From Calditrichia bacterium (GTDB lineage Bacteria; Calditrichota; Calditrichia; JAJRVZ01), in the NCBI GenBank assembly GCA_963777955.1, contig CAVZSQ010000019.1, positions 352,001 through 416,000 on the forward strand: a DNA stretch of 64,000 nt, in the 5' to 3' direction. The notes under the pieces are model-generated. The model saw only the letters and a list, made by a program, of their open reading frames with translations. It made no database searches and was not told the origin of the DNA. Within the stretch, counting starts at the first letter, position 1. Every line of letters begins with the position of its first letter. This document shows, piece after piece, positions 9,702-23,189 of the stretch. A program made the position numbers and the translations under genes.

Positions 9702-12700
9702 ATGAAAACTTTATTTAACAGCACTACCAGCCTCAGCACGAAGGGCATATTAATGAGTGATGCTTTACATACACTGTTGCTAGTGAATAGCAAACAGCAT
9801 ACTGATCTGATTCTGAAACAACTGCGGCAGAGCGGTTTAATAATCATGCCCCGGCAGATTAAATCTGATCGCTCTCTGCTGGCAGCGCTTCATGCCCGTA
9901 AATGGGATCTGGTAATTATTGCCGACAGGTTTACAAGTTTAAGTAATAAAAAAATCCTCCCCATCCTGGCACAAAATGGACAAAGTCCCGCACCGGTTTT
10001 TATCATATTTGAGCAAATCAACCATCAAAAAATAGTTTCGGCAATTCGGGCCGGTGCCAGTGACTGCCTCTCCTGGAATGATCTCGGAATTCTGCCCGCG
10101 TCAGTAAAGAAGGAATTATCAAAATCCGGTAAATTAAACAAACCGCTGCACCGCAAGCCGGAACAACTGGATTCCCATGAAAAGTATCTGCAATTATTCA
10201 ATGGTATCCCGATCGGACTATATAAGAGTTCAGCCGGCGGTAAACTTATTGATGTGAACAATGCCCTGGTACAGATCCTGGGTTACCCTGACAAACAGAC
10301 CTTGCTGGCCACCCGCGCTTCCAGTTTATACGTAAATCCCCAGGATCGGAAAAAATGGAAGAAACAGTTGGAGCAGGAAGGAACAATATTTGCCAATGAA
10401 GTTCAGTTTTACCGTTATGACCAGTCCAAGATCTGGGGACGGGAAAGTACGCGGGTCATTCAGAACAAACCGGGCAAAACCGTCTATTATGAAGGTGCCA
10501 TTGAAGATATTACACAAAACAAGCAAACCGAAAAAGAACTGCGGCGCAGGATCCGCGAACAGATCGTCCTGAATACCATTGCTGCCAACGCTTCCGAAGT
10601 TGAAGATGAAGAAAGTTTGTATAAACATACTACCGCTATCATCCGCGATTTACTGTTTCCCGATAGTTTTGGGATAATGTTGATTGATGAAACCGAAGGA
10701 GTTTTGCGTCTTTCCCATTCCTATCATACTCACCCGAATGATTCAAGGAAGTTGGTTGTACCCTTGGGCAAAGGAGTCACCGGTAAGGTTGCCGTGACCG
10801 GCATTGCCCGGCGTATTGCCGATTCCCGCCTGGATCCCGATTATCTCAGGATCAACACCGAAATGCGGTCGGAAATTACGGTACCGATTCGAGTACATCA
10901 AAAAATCATCGGGGTCATGGATGCCGAAAGTCAGCAACCCGATTTGTTCACCGAAAGTGATGAACGTATTCTGAGTACTCTGGCCCAGCAACTGGCCGGT
11001 ACGATTGAACGCCTGCGGGTAGTCAAAGCGTTAAAAAATGAACATCAATTTTTATCCGGTGTGATCAGTGGTAATCCGGCTATTATCTGTGGTATCGGGA
11101 TTGATGGACTTACCCGTTTTATCAATCCTGTCGGCGAGAAAATTACCGGTTACAGTGAATACGAGATGCAGAGAAAAGACTGGTGGAAAACATTCTATCC
11201 CGGTAAAGAACATGTCCAGGTCAAAAAATTATTCGCTGAACTCGGGAAGGGTGATGTTAAAGATTATGAAATGACTCTGACGGCGAAGAACAATGAAAAA
11301 CGCATCATCTCCTGGAGTTCGATGAATCATCTGGATAAAAAAGGAAAATTATTTGAAACCATCTTTTTTGGCAATGATATAACCGACCGCAAGTCCGCCG
11401 AGGAAGCATTGATCGAAAGTGAGGACCGCTTGCGCCGCATTGCTGAAGCTTCCTTCGAGGGAATTGCCTTCACCGATGGCGGAATAATTATCGATGCCAA
11501 TCCCCAGCTGGCCGAGATGTTTGGATATGCGCTTTCTGAAATTATTGGCAAAGATATAATCGATTTTGTTGCGCCTGACCAGCGCGAAATGGTCACCCAA
11601 AAAATTAAATCGGGTTACAAAAAAACATACGAACACAAAGCCATTAAAAAAGACGGTACAGCGTTTTTTGTGGAAGTGCGCGGCGGCCAGATCAGTTACC
11701 GGGGCAGATATGTGCGCGTGACCGCCGTGCGGGATATAACCGAACGGAAAAGAGTCGAGAACGAACTTTATCAATCCAAGCAGATGCTGGAATTGGTACT
11801 GGATAATATTCCGCAGCGTGTCTTCTGGAAAGACCGGACTTTCCATTTTCTGGGTTGCAATAAACCGTTTGCCCGTGATGCCAATCTGGGATCGACTCTG
11901 GACATCATCGGTAAAGACGATTATGAGTTGTCCTGGAAAGACACCGCCAATCTGTATCGCGAGGACGACCGTGCAGTGATGCAATCCAACACTCCCAAAC
12001 TTGATTACGAAGAACCGCAGAGTAAACCTGATGGAGAACCACTGTGGTTGCGTACAAATAAAATTCCGCTGCACGATCAGCAGGGCAAGGTAATCGGTGT
12101 ATTGGGAACTTACGAAGATATCACCGAGAAAAAACGAATCGAAGATGCCCTGCGTAAAAGCGAAAATAAATTCCGCCAACTGTTCCAGAATGCCAACGAT
12201 GCCATTTATCTGTGGAAACTGAATGATGCGGATCAGATCGAAAAACTGCTGGAAGTGAATAACATCGCCTGTGATATGCTCGGTTACAGCAAGGATGAGT
12301 TGCAGGCCTTAACTCCGCTGCAGATAAATTATCCCGGGTCCGTGGAGAAAAGTTCCCAGTCTGTACAAAAGATTATCAGCCAGGGTAAATATACCTATGA
12401 AATGATACATCGGCATAAAAATGGAACTCCGATACCGGTCGAAATCAATGCGCATGTATTCACCCTGGGTGAGGAGCGGGTTATACTGTCGGTTACCCGG
12501 GATATCCGGGAACGTAAAAACGCCGAGGAAGAATATAAACGGCTGCAACTGCAATTGGTGCAGACTCAGAAACTGGAATCGATCGGGACATTAGCCGGCG
12601 GGATTGCCCACGACTTCAATAATTTACTCACCGTGATTAACGGTCATTCCGAAATGGCGCTTACAAAAATCGGGCCACAGGCCCAGGACAATATCGTGTA

Positions 12701-13727
12701 CAATGATCTGTCCTCCATTCATAAAGCCTGCGAAAAAGCAATCGGCTTAACTAAACAGATACTGGCCTTCAGCCGTAAACAAATTTTTGAACCCCAGATC
12801 ATTGATATCAATACAGCCATCTATGATCTGAATATCATGTTGAAACGGCTTATCGGCGAAAATATTACCATCGAAACTGCGCTCAAAGCCGGTTTGCCGG
12901 CCATCAAAGCCGATCCAGCCCAACTGGAGCAGGTGCTGATCAACTTGATTATCAATGCCCGCGATGCAATAAACGCCCAGACTAATCCTGACAACGAAAG
13001 AAAAATCACCATCAAAACTGATTACGAGGAATTAGACCGGAACTTTACTATTAAGTATCCAGGCAGTCTGGCCGGACCGCATATTCTGATCATTATTCAG
13101 GATACCGGCATCGGCATCAGCGAAAAGATCATCAATAAAATATTCGAACCTTTCTTCACGACTAAAGAAATAGGTAAAGGCACCGGTCTGGGACTGGCCA
13201 CAGTATATGGAATAATCAAGCAAAATAACGGCAGCATCTGGGCAGACAGCGAACCCGCTAAAGGCAGCCGTTTTAAGGTATACTGGCCGGTCACTACTGA
13301 ATATATCGCCACGGTCAAAACCGAAAAGGAAAATTCCGGTGAATATCAGGGTAAGGAAACTATTCTGCTGGTTGAAGATGATGCAGCCGTGCGCGAATTC
13401 ACTAATACCGCCCTGCAGAACTTCGGTTACCGTGTATTTGAAGCCGGTAATGGCAACCAGGCCCTGAAACTGATTGCTGATACCAAAATTAAAATAGATC
13501 TACTGATCACCGATCTGATTATGCCGGAAATGAACGGAAAAGAATTAGCCGAAAAAATATCTGCCTCACTGCCCCTCTCTTCCATCCTGTTTACTTCAGG
13601 TTATACCGAAGATTATATTGTACGCAGCGGTGAACTGGAAGCCGGTATACACTTTTTACAGAAACCTTATTCCATGAATTTACTGGCCCAGAAAGTCAGA
13701 GATATCCTGGATAAAAGTCATACCTGA
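9702..13727 (+). CDS. Hybrid sensor histidine kinase: degenerate REC-PAS-GAF-4xPAS-HisKA-HATPase-REC
   Basis: Repeated 'DITERK' PAC ends, GAF (GKGVTGKVA...SEITVPI), LAGGIAHDFNNLL H-box, NLIINARDA, EPFFTTKEIGKGTGLGL, C-terminal LLITDLIMPEMNG; start could be 9753. Confidence 0.95.
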   Translation: MKTLFNSTTSLSTKGILMSDALHTLLLVNSKQHTDLILKQLRQSGLIIMPRQIKSDRSLLAALHARKWDLVIIADRFTSLSNKKILPILAQNGQSPAPVFIIFEQINHQKIVSAIRAGASDCLSWNDLGILPASVKKELSKSGKLNKPLHRKPEQLDSHEKYLQLFNGIPIGLYKSSAGGKLIDVNNALVQILGYPDKQTLLATRASSLYVNPQDRKKWKKQLEQEGTIFANEVQFYRYDQSKIWGRESTRVIQNKPGKTVYYEGAIEDITQNKQTEKELRRRIREQIVLNTIAANASEVEDEESLYKHTTAIIRDLLFPDSFGIMLIDETEGVLRLSHSYHTHPNDSRKLVVPLGKGVTGKVAVTGIARRIADSRLDPDYLRINTEMRSEITVPIRVHQKIIGVMDAESQQPDLFTESDERILSTLAQQLAGTIERLRVVKALKNEHQFLSGVISGNPAIICGIGIDGLTRFINPVGEKITGYSEYEMQRKDWWKTFYPGKEHVQVKKLFAELGKGDVKDYEMTLTAKNNEKRIISWSSMNHLDKKGKLFETIFFGNDITDRKSAEEALIESEDRLRRIAEASFEGIAFTDGGIIIDANPQLAEMFGYALSEIIGKDIIDFVAPDQREMVTQKIKSGYKKTYEHKAIKKDGTAFFVEVRGGQISYRGRYVRVTAVRDITERKRVENELYQSKQMLELVLDNIPQRVFWKDRTFHFLGCNKPFARDANLGSTLDIIGKDDYELSWKDTANLYREDDRAVMQSNTPKLDYEEPQSKPDGEPLWLRTNKIPLHDQQGKVIGVLGTYEDITEKKRIEDALRKSENKFRQLFQNANDAIYLWKLNDADQIEKLLEVNNIACDMLGYSKDELQALTPLQINYPGSVEKSSQSVQKIISQGKYTYEMIHRHKNGTPIPVEINAHVFTLGEERVILSVTRDIRERKNAEEEYKRLQLQLVQTQKLESIGTLAGGIAHDFNNLLTVINGHSEMALTKIGPQAQDNIVYNDLSSIHKACEKAIGLTKQILAFSRKQIFEPQIIDINTAIYDLNIMLKRLIGENITIETALKAGLPAIKADPAQLEQVLINLIINARDAINAQTNPDNERKITIKTDYEELDRNFTIKYPGSLAGPHILIIIQDTGIGISEKIINKIFEPFFTTKEIGKGTGLGLATVYGIIKQNNGSIWADSEPAKGSRFKVYWPVTTEYIATVKTEKENSGEYQGKETILLVEDDAAVREFTNTALQNFGYRVFEAGNGNQALKLIADTKIKIDLLITDLIMPEMNGKELAEKISASLPLSSILFTSGYTEDYIVRSGELEAGIHFLQKPYSMNLLAQKVRDILDKSHT

Positions 13728-13815
13728 CCGGCGGCAAAACCGCCTGAAGGGAAAACCTCACAGGTTTGTAAAAATCGGGATAGTTCTAAGAATAATAATT
13801 CAGGAATTAATTACA

Positions 13816-14809
13816 TCAGGGAAAGTATTTTTTAGACAGGCTTCCCGCACCGTAGCGGTACCCGATATAATCAAAGGAAACGCTATCCGGTACAGTAAAA
13901 ACCAGGAATCCACCCATATCCTCACCGTGATTCAGAGCCAGTTGCTTGATCCCACTCATATTATAATCACGGGTCATAATTTCTTTATCGACATTATATT
14001 GGTTGCCACGGTAATCTGAAAGTACAAAATTATCGAAACTGAGCGTGACCGCATATGGTAAATAATTTCTGACTACCAGCGAAAATATCATTTTGCCGCC
14101 AACGTACTCCTCCTTCAATACAGCCAGAGCCAGATGATCTTCAAAATTCAGAACTCCCAGTGTCTTGCCGTAAATACGCGAAAGCATCCGACGCAATTCA
14201 GGAGTCGTACCCCCCATGGCCTGAGCTTTTCTGATCTGGGTCAGGGCATCGAAATACAGGTTGACATCATTTCTGCTTTGCGCTCTATTGAAAATCCCTG
14301 TAGCTTTATCAACGATCTTCTGGTAATTGTTCAGTTTAATTTCGTCCAGTATATTTTGGGCATCGACATTAGTGGAGTCCAGATCAAGGGCCTGATGCAT
14401 CAGGGTGGCGGTCTTGTTTAAATTCAGACTCTTTTTCAACCTCATTAGCCGGGCGCGCTTTATAATAAGCCTGGCCGACCTGAAAAACGATCTGACTGTA
14501 AACTCTGTTGAACTCGGACGATGGTTCGAGCGGGATATATTTCTGGCCTTCTTCAAAATTCCGGACAAATGAACTTAGATTGTTTATTTTCTTATACAAT
14601 TCCTGACCACGGTACATATAAGCCAGGGCTAACCGTTCCCTGACACGCTGGCTGGTGGAATCTTGTTTATGGACCTGCAGATACGCTTCAATTGCCTTGG
14701 TATAATCACCTTTCAGAAAGGCCTGTTCGGCATCAACAGACTTATCCCCTCCACAAGCGGTCAATAGAATCATTAGCAGACTAATAAGGATTAATCCAAA
14801 GAATTTCAT
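13816..14809 (-). CDS. TPR-containing lipoprotein with C-terminal beta (DUF4352-like) domain; one frameshift near 14420
   Basis: LLTAC lipobox, TPR-like 'AEQAFLKGDYTKAIEAY'; continues in the second frame 'HQALDLDSTNVDAQ...FVLSDYRGNQY...GFLVFTVP'. Confidence 0.6.
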
Positions 14810-14898
14810 GGGTCTTTCCTCTCGGTTTAAATCTTTATTTATAATGATTTTCGGCTTATAACTGCTAATAGTTTAGGTTTTTTTAAATTTTTCAGGGT

Positions 14899-18117
<3,219 letters not shown>

Positions 18118-18189
18118 TTAAGACAAATGTAAAAAGAAAAAAGTTAATTTTGATATATGCTGCAGAGACGCAATAGACTACGTCTATAC

Positions 18190-18280
18190 AGCAGGATTAT
18201 TTCTAATATGGCGGCGAACATTTTCAATGCATTTTCATCAGGTATAATTCGGTCATAGAATCTTGGTTGCCAGGTAAAAT
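18190..18280 (-). pseudogene. Remnant of a REP-associated tyrosine transposase (C-terminal fragment)
   Basis: FTWQPRFYDRIIPDENAL, then in a shifted frame ENVRRHIRNNP; resembles the RAYT 'WQxxFYDHIIR...YIxxNP' motif; flanked by REP-like palindromes. Confidence 0.6.
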
Positions 18281-18336
18281 TTTTACCGGTAATTCCACCC
18301 GGTGTATCGCGTATTCTGGAAGGTGATGGGGATTTG

Positions 18337-18364
18337 GTAGAGCAGCGATGCATCGCGTCTCTAC
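18337..18364. repeat. GTAG-family REP-like palindrome
   Basis: GTAGAGCAGCGATGCATCGCGTCTCTAC; degenerate sister at ~18164-18189. Confidence 0.65.
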
Positions 18365-18386
18365 GAAAACGGTCATATTACAATTT

Positions 18387-20177
18387 TTACGATTCCCGGT
18401 ACATCCGTGAAATTATATCCGCATATTTTTTTTCCACCACATTGCGTTTGATTTTAAGGCTGGGGGTTAATTCATCTTTTTCGATATTAAACGGTTCGGC
18501 TAGAAGAACAAACTTTTTCACCGATTCATAACGGGCAAATGATTTTTGTTTTTCTTCAATTTCCTGCCAGATCAATTGATTTACCTTATCATGCTTCAGG
18601 AATTCCCGCAGGTCTGCGACATCTATTCCCTGTTCCGTTCCCCACTTTTTCAGTAATTCGTAATTGGGAATTATCAGAGCGCTGACAAAGCGCTGGCGGT
18701 TGCCTACCAGGCATACTTCATCAATATACCTGCTGGTTTTCAGCATGTGTTCGATCGGAGCAGGTGCGACATTTTTTCCACCGGATGTTACGATGATATT
18801 CTTTTTACGGTCGGTCAGGAACAGATAGTTATCCTCATCCAGGTAACCAATGTCACCTGTGTGCAGCCAGCCCTGGGCATCAATGACTTCTGCCGTCAGA
18901 TCCGGACGATTATAGTATCCCATCATCAATGTATCGCCTTTGACCATTACCTCTCCATCCGGGGCGATTTTTACCTGTACTTCGGGAATAGGTTTACCGC
19001 AGGAGCCATATTTCGTTTTACCCGGAGCTGTCAGGGTGATGATCAGGTGAGTTTCGGTCATGCCATAACCTTCCACAATGCGCAGGCCGATTGCTTCAAA
19101 GAACTTGAGTGTATCTACTGAAAGCGGTGCACCTCCGGCAATCGGGCAGCGGAACTTTCCTCCTAATTTGGTTTTAATCTTACTGAATACAACTTTATCC
19201 GCCAGTTGATATTTTTTCTCCAGCACTTTTGAAACCTTGCCTTCGATGCGTTTTTCGTGATATTTAAGTCCGGTATTCAAAGCCCAGTAAAATAAATTGC
19301 GCTTCAGGCTTGAACTATTCTCTATTTGTTCATAAACAGTTGCTGCAACCTTTTCATAAAGCCGGGGCACACTTACCATGACCGTTGGCCGTGCTTCAGC
19401 GATATCCTGGATCACCGTTTCAATACTTTGTGCATAATGAATGGTAGCCCCACGGTACAGGGGACACCAGTGCCCGGCCAGGCGTTCATATAAATGACTT
19501 AAGGGCAAAAAAGAAAGAAATACATCATCCGGATACAGACTTAGCACCGACTCGGCATTAATAATATCGATAATGAAACCTTTTTGATTAAGCATTACAC
19601 CTTTCGGTTCTCCCGTGGTTCCGGAAGTATAAACCAGGCTGCACAGATCCTGGGGATCTATGGCGTCGACTGCCTGCCGGAAAAAATCCGGATTTTTAAG
19701 TTGCTGTCGCCGGCCAATTTCCAGCAACTGATCAAAGGTCAGGATCTGTTCCGCTTTCCCTGCCCAGTTCTCAAAGGAAAATATAAATTCCAACTGAGGC
19801 AATTGGGATTTTATCTCTTTAATTTTGTCGTACTGCTGCTGATTCTGGACAAAAATGCTTCTGGCCCCGGCATCTTTCAGGATGTAAGCGAGTTGCGCCG
19901 GCGGCAGGGTCTGGTACAACGGCACCACCACTCCCCGCAAACAGAAGAGAGCAATATCTGTCATCATCCATTCCGGCATATTGTTGGACAGAATGGCGAT
20001 CCGGTCACCAGCTTTTATTCCCTGTTCCTTTAGTCCATGAGTTAAGAGTGTAATATTTTCCCCCACCTGCTGATAACTGAAAGCCTGAATTTTACCATTA
20101 CGCTTAATGCGCAAAGCATCCTTAGCCGGATATTTCTGGATGGTGTCGAATAACATGTGCACTACAGTGCGGAACAT
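18387..20177 (-). CDS. fadD: Long-chain-fatty-acid--CoA ligase (AMP-binding family)
   Basis: YTSGTTGEPKG, LSFLPLSHLYER, EGYGMTET, GWLHTGDIG, DRKKNIIVTSGGKNVAP, ELTPSLKIKR. Confidence 0.92.
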   Translation of the reverse strand: MFRTVVHMLFDTIQKYPAKDALRIKRNGKIQAFSYQQVGENITLLTHGLKEQGIKAGDRIAILSNNMPEWMMTDIALFCLRGVVVPLYQTLPPAQLAYILKDAGARSIFVQNQQQYDKIKEIKSQLPQLEFIFSFENWAGKAEQILTFDQLLEIGRRQQLKNPDFFRQAVDAIDPQDLCSLVYTSGTTGEPKGVMLNQKGFIIDIINAESVLSLYPDDVFLSFLPLSHLYERLAGHWCPLYRGATIHYAQSIETVIQDIAEARPTVMVSVPRLYEKVAATVYEQIENSSSLKRNLFYWALNTGLKYHEKRIEGKVSKVLEKKYQLADKVVFSKIKTKLGGKFRCPIAGGAPLSVDTLKFFEAIGLRIVEGYGMTETHLIITLTAPGKTKYGSCGKPIPEVQVKIAPDGEVMVKGDTLMMGYYNRPDLTAEVIDAQGWLHTGDIGYLDEDNYLFLTDRKKNIIVTSGGKNVAPAPIEHMLKTSRYIDEVCLVGNRQRFVSALIIPNYELLKKWGTEQGIDVADLREFLKHDKVNQLIWQEIEEKQKSFARYESVKKFVLLAEPFNIEKDELTPSLKIKRNVVEKKYADIISRMYRES

Positions 20178-20349
20178 AACGATCTCCTTATGCTTACTTT
20201 ATAATTTTGAATGGATCGAATTCGATGAAAACTATAAACTTTTATCCGCTATTCAGCCCTTCTCTGCATCGTACCATATAATGTGCATATTTATTTAATT
20301 GTATTCAATAGCAGACCATAGCAAAAATAGGCGTTTTAAAATGTAAGGC

Positions 20350-20982
20350 CTAAAATGTAGAATATTTGTAAAAAAAATAGTAACAAATTACTACTCGACC
20401 GATCAGGCCGCTGCTTCTTAATTCTTTGCTGACCGAGCGGGGATTGGCAATATACTGAGCCAATTCAGTCCAGAATTTCCGGGAGTGATTTTTTATTTTT
20501 GTATGCACCAACTCATGCAGAATCACATAATCCAGCTGGTGTTGAGGTAAACAGACTAATTTCATGTTTAAATTTATATTATTTTGGGCTGAGCAACTGC
20601 CCCACAGAGTCGCCTGATTACGGATAAAAACCCTGTTGAAAGAAAATCCATATTGGTCAGCCAATTCGTTGAGTCTGTTTATTAAAATCCGGCGCGCTTC
20701 CTGCCGGTCGGAGATTTGTAATGTCTGTTTTTGATTATTCTGATACTCCTGTTCAACCTGCTTCATCTGCCGCGAATGCTTGAGCATCCATTTGATATGG
20801 CTGTTTATAAATTCTTCGGCTCTGCTAAATGATATTCCGTATGGGACAGTGACCCGGACGCCTTTAAACGGCCTGATACTGATCCTCAAACGCCGGGCCC
20901 GCTTACTCTTTTCCAGCAGCACCGGACCAACAGAATCTATTTCAATGGTTTTGGAGTTTTTGCTCAGTAAATGGATTAACAT
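20350..20982 (-). CDS. YgjP/DUF45 (M48-like) metallopeptidase
   Basis: KRARRLRISI, WGSCS, DYVILHELVH, NHSRKFW. Confidence 0.88.
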   Translation of the reverse strand: MLIHLLSKNSKTIEIDSVGPVLLEKSKRARRLRISIRPFKGVRVTVPYGISFSRAEEFINSHIKWMLKHSRQMKQVEQEYQNNQKQTLQISDRQEARRILINRLNELADQYGFSFNRVFIRNQATLWGSCSAQNNINLNMKLVCLPQHQLDYVILHELVHTKIKNHSRKFWTELAQYIANPRSVSKELRSSGLIGRVVICYYFFYKYSTF

Positions 20983-21019
20983 ATCGGTCGGCCGGTCGGT
21001 AGATTTACAACAAATTATC

Positions 21020-21679
21020 CTAACGGATAGCAGAGTTTTTAAACATACTGCGTCGCAGGCAAATAAATATTATAATTACGCTGATCAGCAACCAGACCAC
21101 TCCCCACATGATGGTGGTTCCCCCGTATTCGGTGGCCAGCATGCGGGCATCGGAATTCAACTGGGAACGGGATATAGTATCGCTGAAAATGTCCAGGGGA
21201 ACATACAGCATACTGGTGAGACCAATCAGGCGGAGAATAAAATCACTTATATCCTGGCTGAGGTATCTGGCCACCAGCACCAGCATGATACCGGCAAGTA
21301 AACCAAACGCGATGGTAAACAAACTGCCGGCGAATCCTATCGTGATCAGGGCAATAACTATACCCAGGATCATCAGTGCAGCTTTATCAAAGCGTGTATG
21401 TACGCTCAGCAAATATATTATCACACCCCATAGCAGAGAACCGAGATATCCGGAATTTAAAACCAGAAAACGGCTGCCGCCTCGCGACATTACATAACCG
21501 CCCTGCTCCTTCAGCAGCACCAGTTGTGCAACCTCTCCTCCGCTTAAAATTGTAGCCAGAGCATGTGAGGACTCATGGAAAAATACCACTAATAGTTTCA
21601 GAGGATAGAGTATGGGAGTAGTCCAGAGGATAATAACTACGGCAATTGATATCAGCAGAAAGAAAATATTCTTCATCAT
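21020..21679 (-). CDS. M50B-like membrane metallopeptidase
   Basis: VFFHESSHALA, NSGYLGS, SDARMLA; several TM segments. Confidence 0.85.
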   Translation of the reverse strand: MMKNIFFLLISIAVVIILWTTPILYPLKLLVVFFHESSHALATILSGGEVAQLVLLKEQGGYVMSRGGSRFLVLNSGYLGSLLWGVIIYLLSVHTRFDKAALMILGIVIALITIGFAGSLFTIAFGLLAGIMLVLVARYLSQDISDFILRLIGLTSMLYVPLDIFSDTISRSQLNSDARMLATEYGGTTIMWGVVWLLISVIIIFICLRRSMFKNSAIR

Positions 21680-22515
21680 TATACCGTAAATGGTTTTTGA
21701 GCTTCAAAAACTTTATCATATACTCCACTCCAGAAATAATTGGGAGTCTGATCGGGTGGCATCCGTTGTACGATGGCCTTATGAAACTCTTTATAATTGC
21801 CTTTGAATTTACCGTGATTCCAGACCCGCAGCAATTGAGCCGTGAACAGGCCATTGAAGGTGCCATCGGCTGAATACTGGTTGTCCTGGCAGCCGGAAAT
21901 CAATAACACGCCGGCCTGTACCTTCTGGCTGGTTTTACGCGCACGGATATTACGCTGCAGTTTAATGTAGAACAGCCGGTTTTCACGATAGGTACGCAGG
22001 GCTACTTCCGGAGGCATATAACGATAGGCACTAATCCGGCCGTCACCGCTAAAACCCAGACTGATCAATGTGCCCCGGTAATAGGCCATGCGGGTCACCG
22101 TGCCGCTGTGACAACTGTCAGACAAAACCAGAATCCGCACCCCTGCGGCAAATTTCGCCAGCAGCAGATGAAGTTCATCATCGAGGAGTTCGCCGTCAAA
22201 AAGGCACCAGGTTTCGTCCATATCGTCTGGTTCCTCTCCGGCCAGGTCAGGTACCTGCCCGCCGTGACCCGAATAGGTCAACAAAAATATGTCGCCGGAC
22301 TTGAGCTCCCCGGCCGCATTTATAATTTCTGCGGTCAGCTTATCACGGGTAGCCTCAGTGGTTAATAGTGTATGCGTCTTAAACTTGCGGGATTTCGCTA
22401 CAGCACTCAGATCCTGGGCATCGGCCTCACAGGCATTCAGCGTTCCCGACCATCCGCCATAGTGATCCGGATCGACAGCATTCAGACCAATATGCAAAGC
22501 AATTCCTTTGGCCAT
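21679..22515 (-). CDS. Caspase-family (metacaspase, C14) peptidase, single domain
   Basis: ALHIGLN, YSGHGG (His), SDSCHSG (Cys), ISGCQDNQYSADG. Confidence 0.92.
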   Translation of the reverse strand: MAKGIALHIGLNAVDPDHYGGWSGTLNACEADAQDLSAVAKSRKFKTHTLLTTEATRDKLTAEIINAAGELKSGDIFLLTYSGHGGQVPDLAGEEPDDMDETWCLFDGELLDDELHLLLAKFAAGVRILVLSDSCHSGTVTRMAYYRGTLISLGFSGDGRISAYRYMPPEVALRTYRENRLFYIKLQRNIRARKTSQKVQAGVLLISGCQDNQYSADGTFNGLFTAQLLRVWNHGKFKGNYKEFHKAIVQRMPPDQTPNYFWSGVYDKVFEAQKPFTV

Positions 22516-22532
22516 AATCAAGACTCCTATAT

Positions 22533-23183
22533 TTACCAGCCCTTATCTCTCAATTCACGGTAGCGTTTGATAACGTCCCGGTACTTGCCTTTGTAAATCA
22601 ACAGGAAATTACCTTCCTCCGAACCGAGCAGATCGAGACCCTCATCAAGCAAAGTGGTGGAATTAAGATCGGGCACTGAAATGACTAATTCATAATGATC
22701 TTTGCCCCCCTGCGGCTGACAAAAATATTTGATCCTGCCTGGCATTTGCAGTTGCACTTGCATCTGCCCCGGTTTTTCCGAATCAGCCGGTTGGGCCGCC
22801 AGCTGGTCCGCGATAATCTCCTTATATATTTTCATATCCATCGGCTTGCATAAAAATATATCGGCCCCCATATCCATGGCCCGTTTATTTTCATCTCTGC
22901 CATGCAGTGCAGTGATGACCATGATTTTAATGTGCGGATAATTCCGGTGCACCTTCTCCATCAGTTCGAAGCCGCTCATAAAAGGCATTACCAGGCAGGT
23001 AGAAATTAAATCAAATTCTCCGTCCTTCTGTTCAATCAATTTTAATGCCTCGATGGGATTGGTCGCGGTTGTAATTTCCAGCGATTCCGGATTAAAATGA
23101 TTTTTTAGAAATTGCTCCAGGATAGATACCCAGCCTTCCTCATCATCGAGGATTAATATTCTCTTTTTTCTTAGTGAATTCAT
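22533..23183 (-). CDS. Atypical receiver-domain protein with uncharacterised C-terminal domain
   Basis: ILILDDE, FDLISTCLVMPFMSGFEL, VITA, GADIFLCKP. Confidence 0.8.
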   Translation of the reverse strand: MNSLRKKRILILDDEEGWVSILEQFLKNHFNPESLEITTATNPIEALKLIEQKDGEFDLISTCLVMPFMSGFELMEKVHRNYPHIKIMVITALHGRDENKRAMDMGADIFLCKPMDMKIYKEIIADQLAAQPADSEKPGQMQVQLQMPGRIKYFCQPQGGKDHYELVISVPDLNSTTLLDEGLDLLGSEEGNFLLIYKGKYRDVIKRYRELRDKGW

Positions 23184-23189
23184 AATAGT

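Noticed and set aside
11349..12179. Long antisense ORFs (e.g. 11349-12179, 58813-59511, 42204-42716)
   Set aside because: They lie wholly opposite well-supported genes and have no motifs; shadow ORFs
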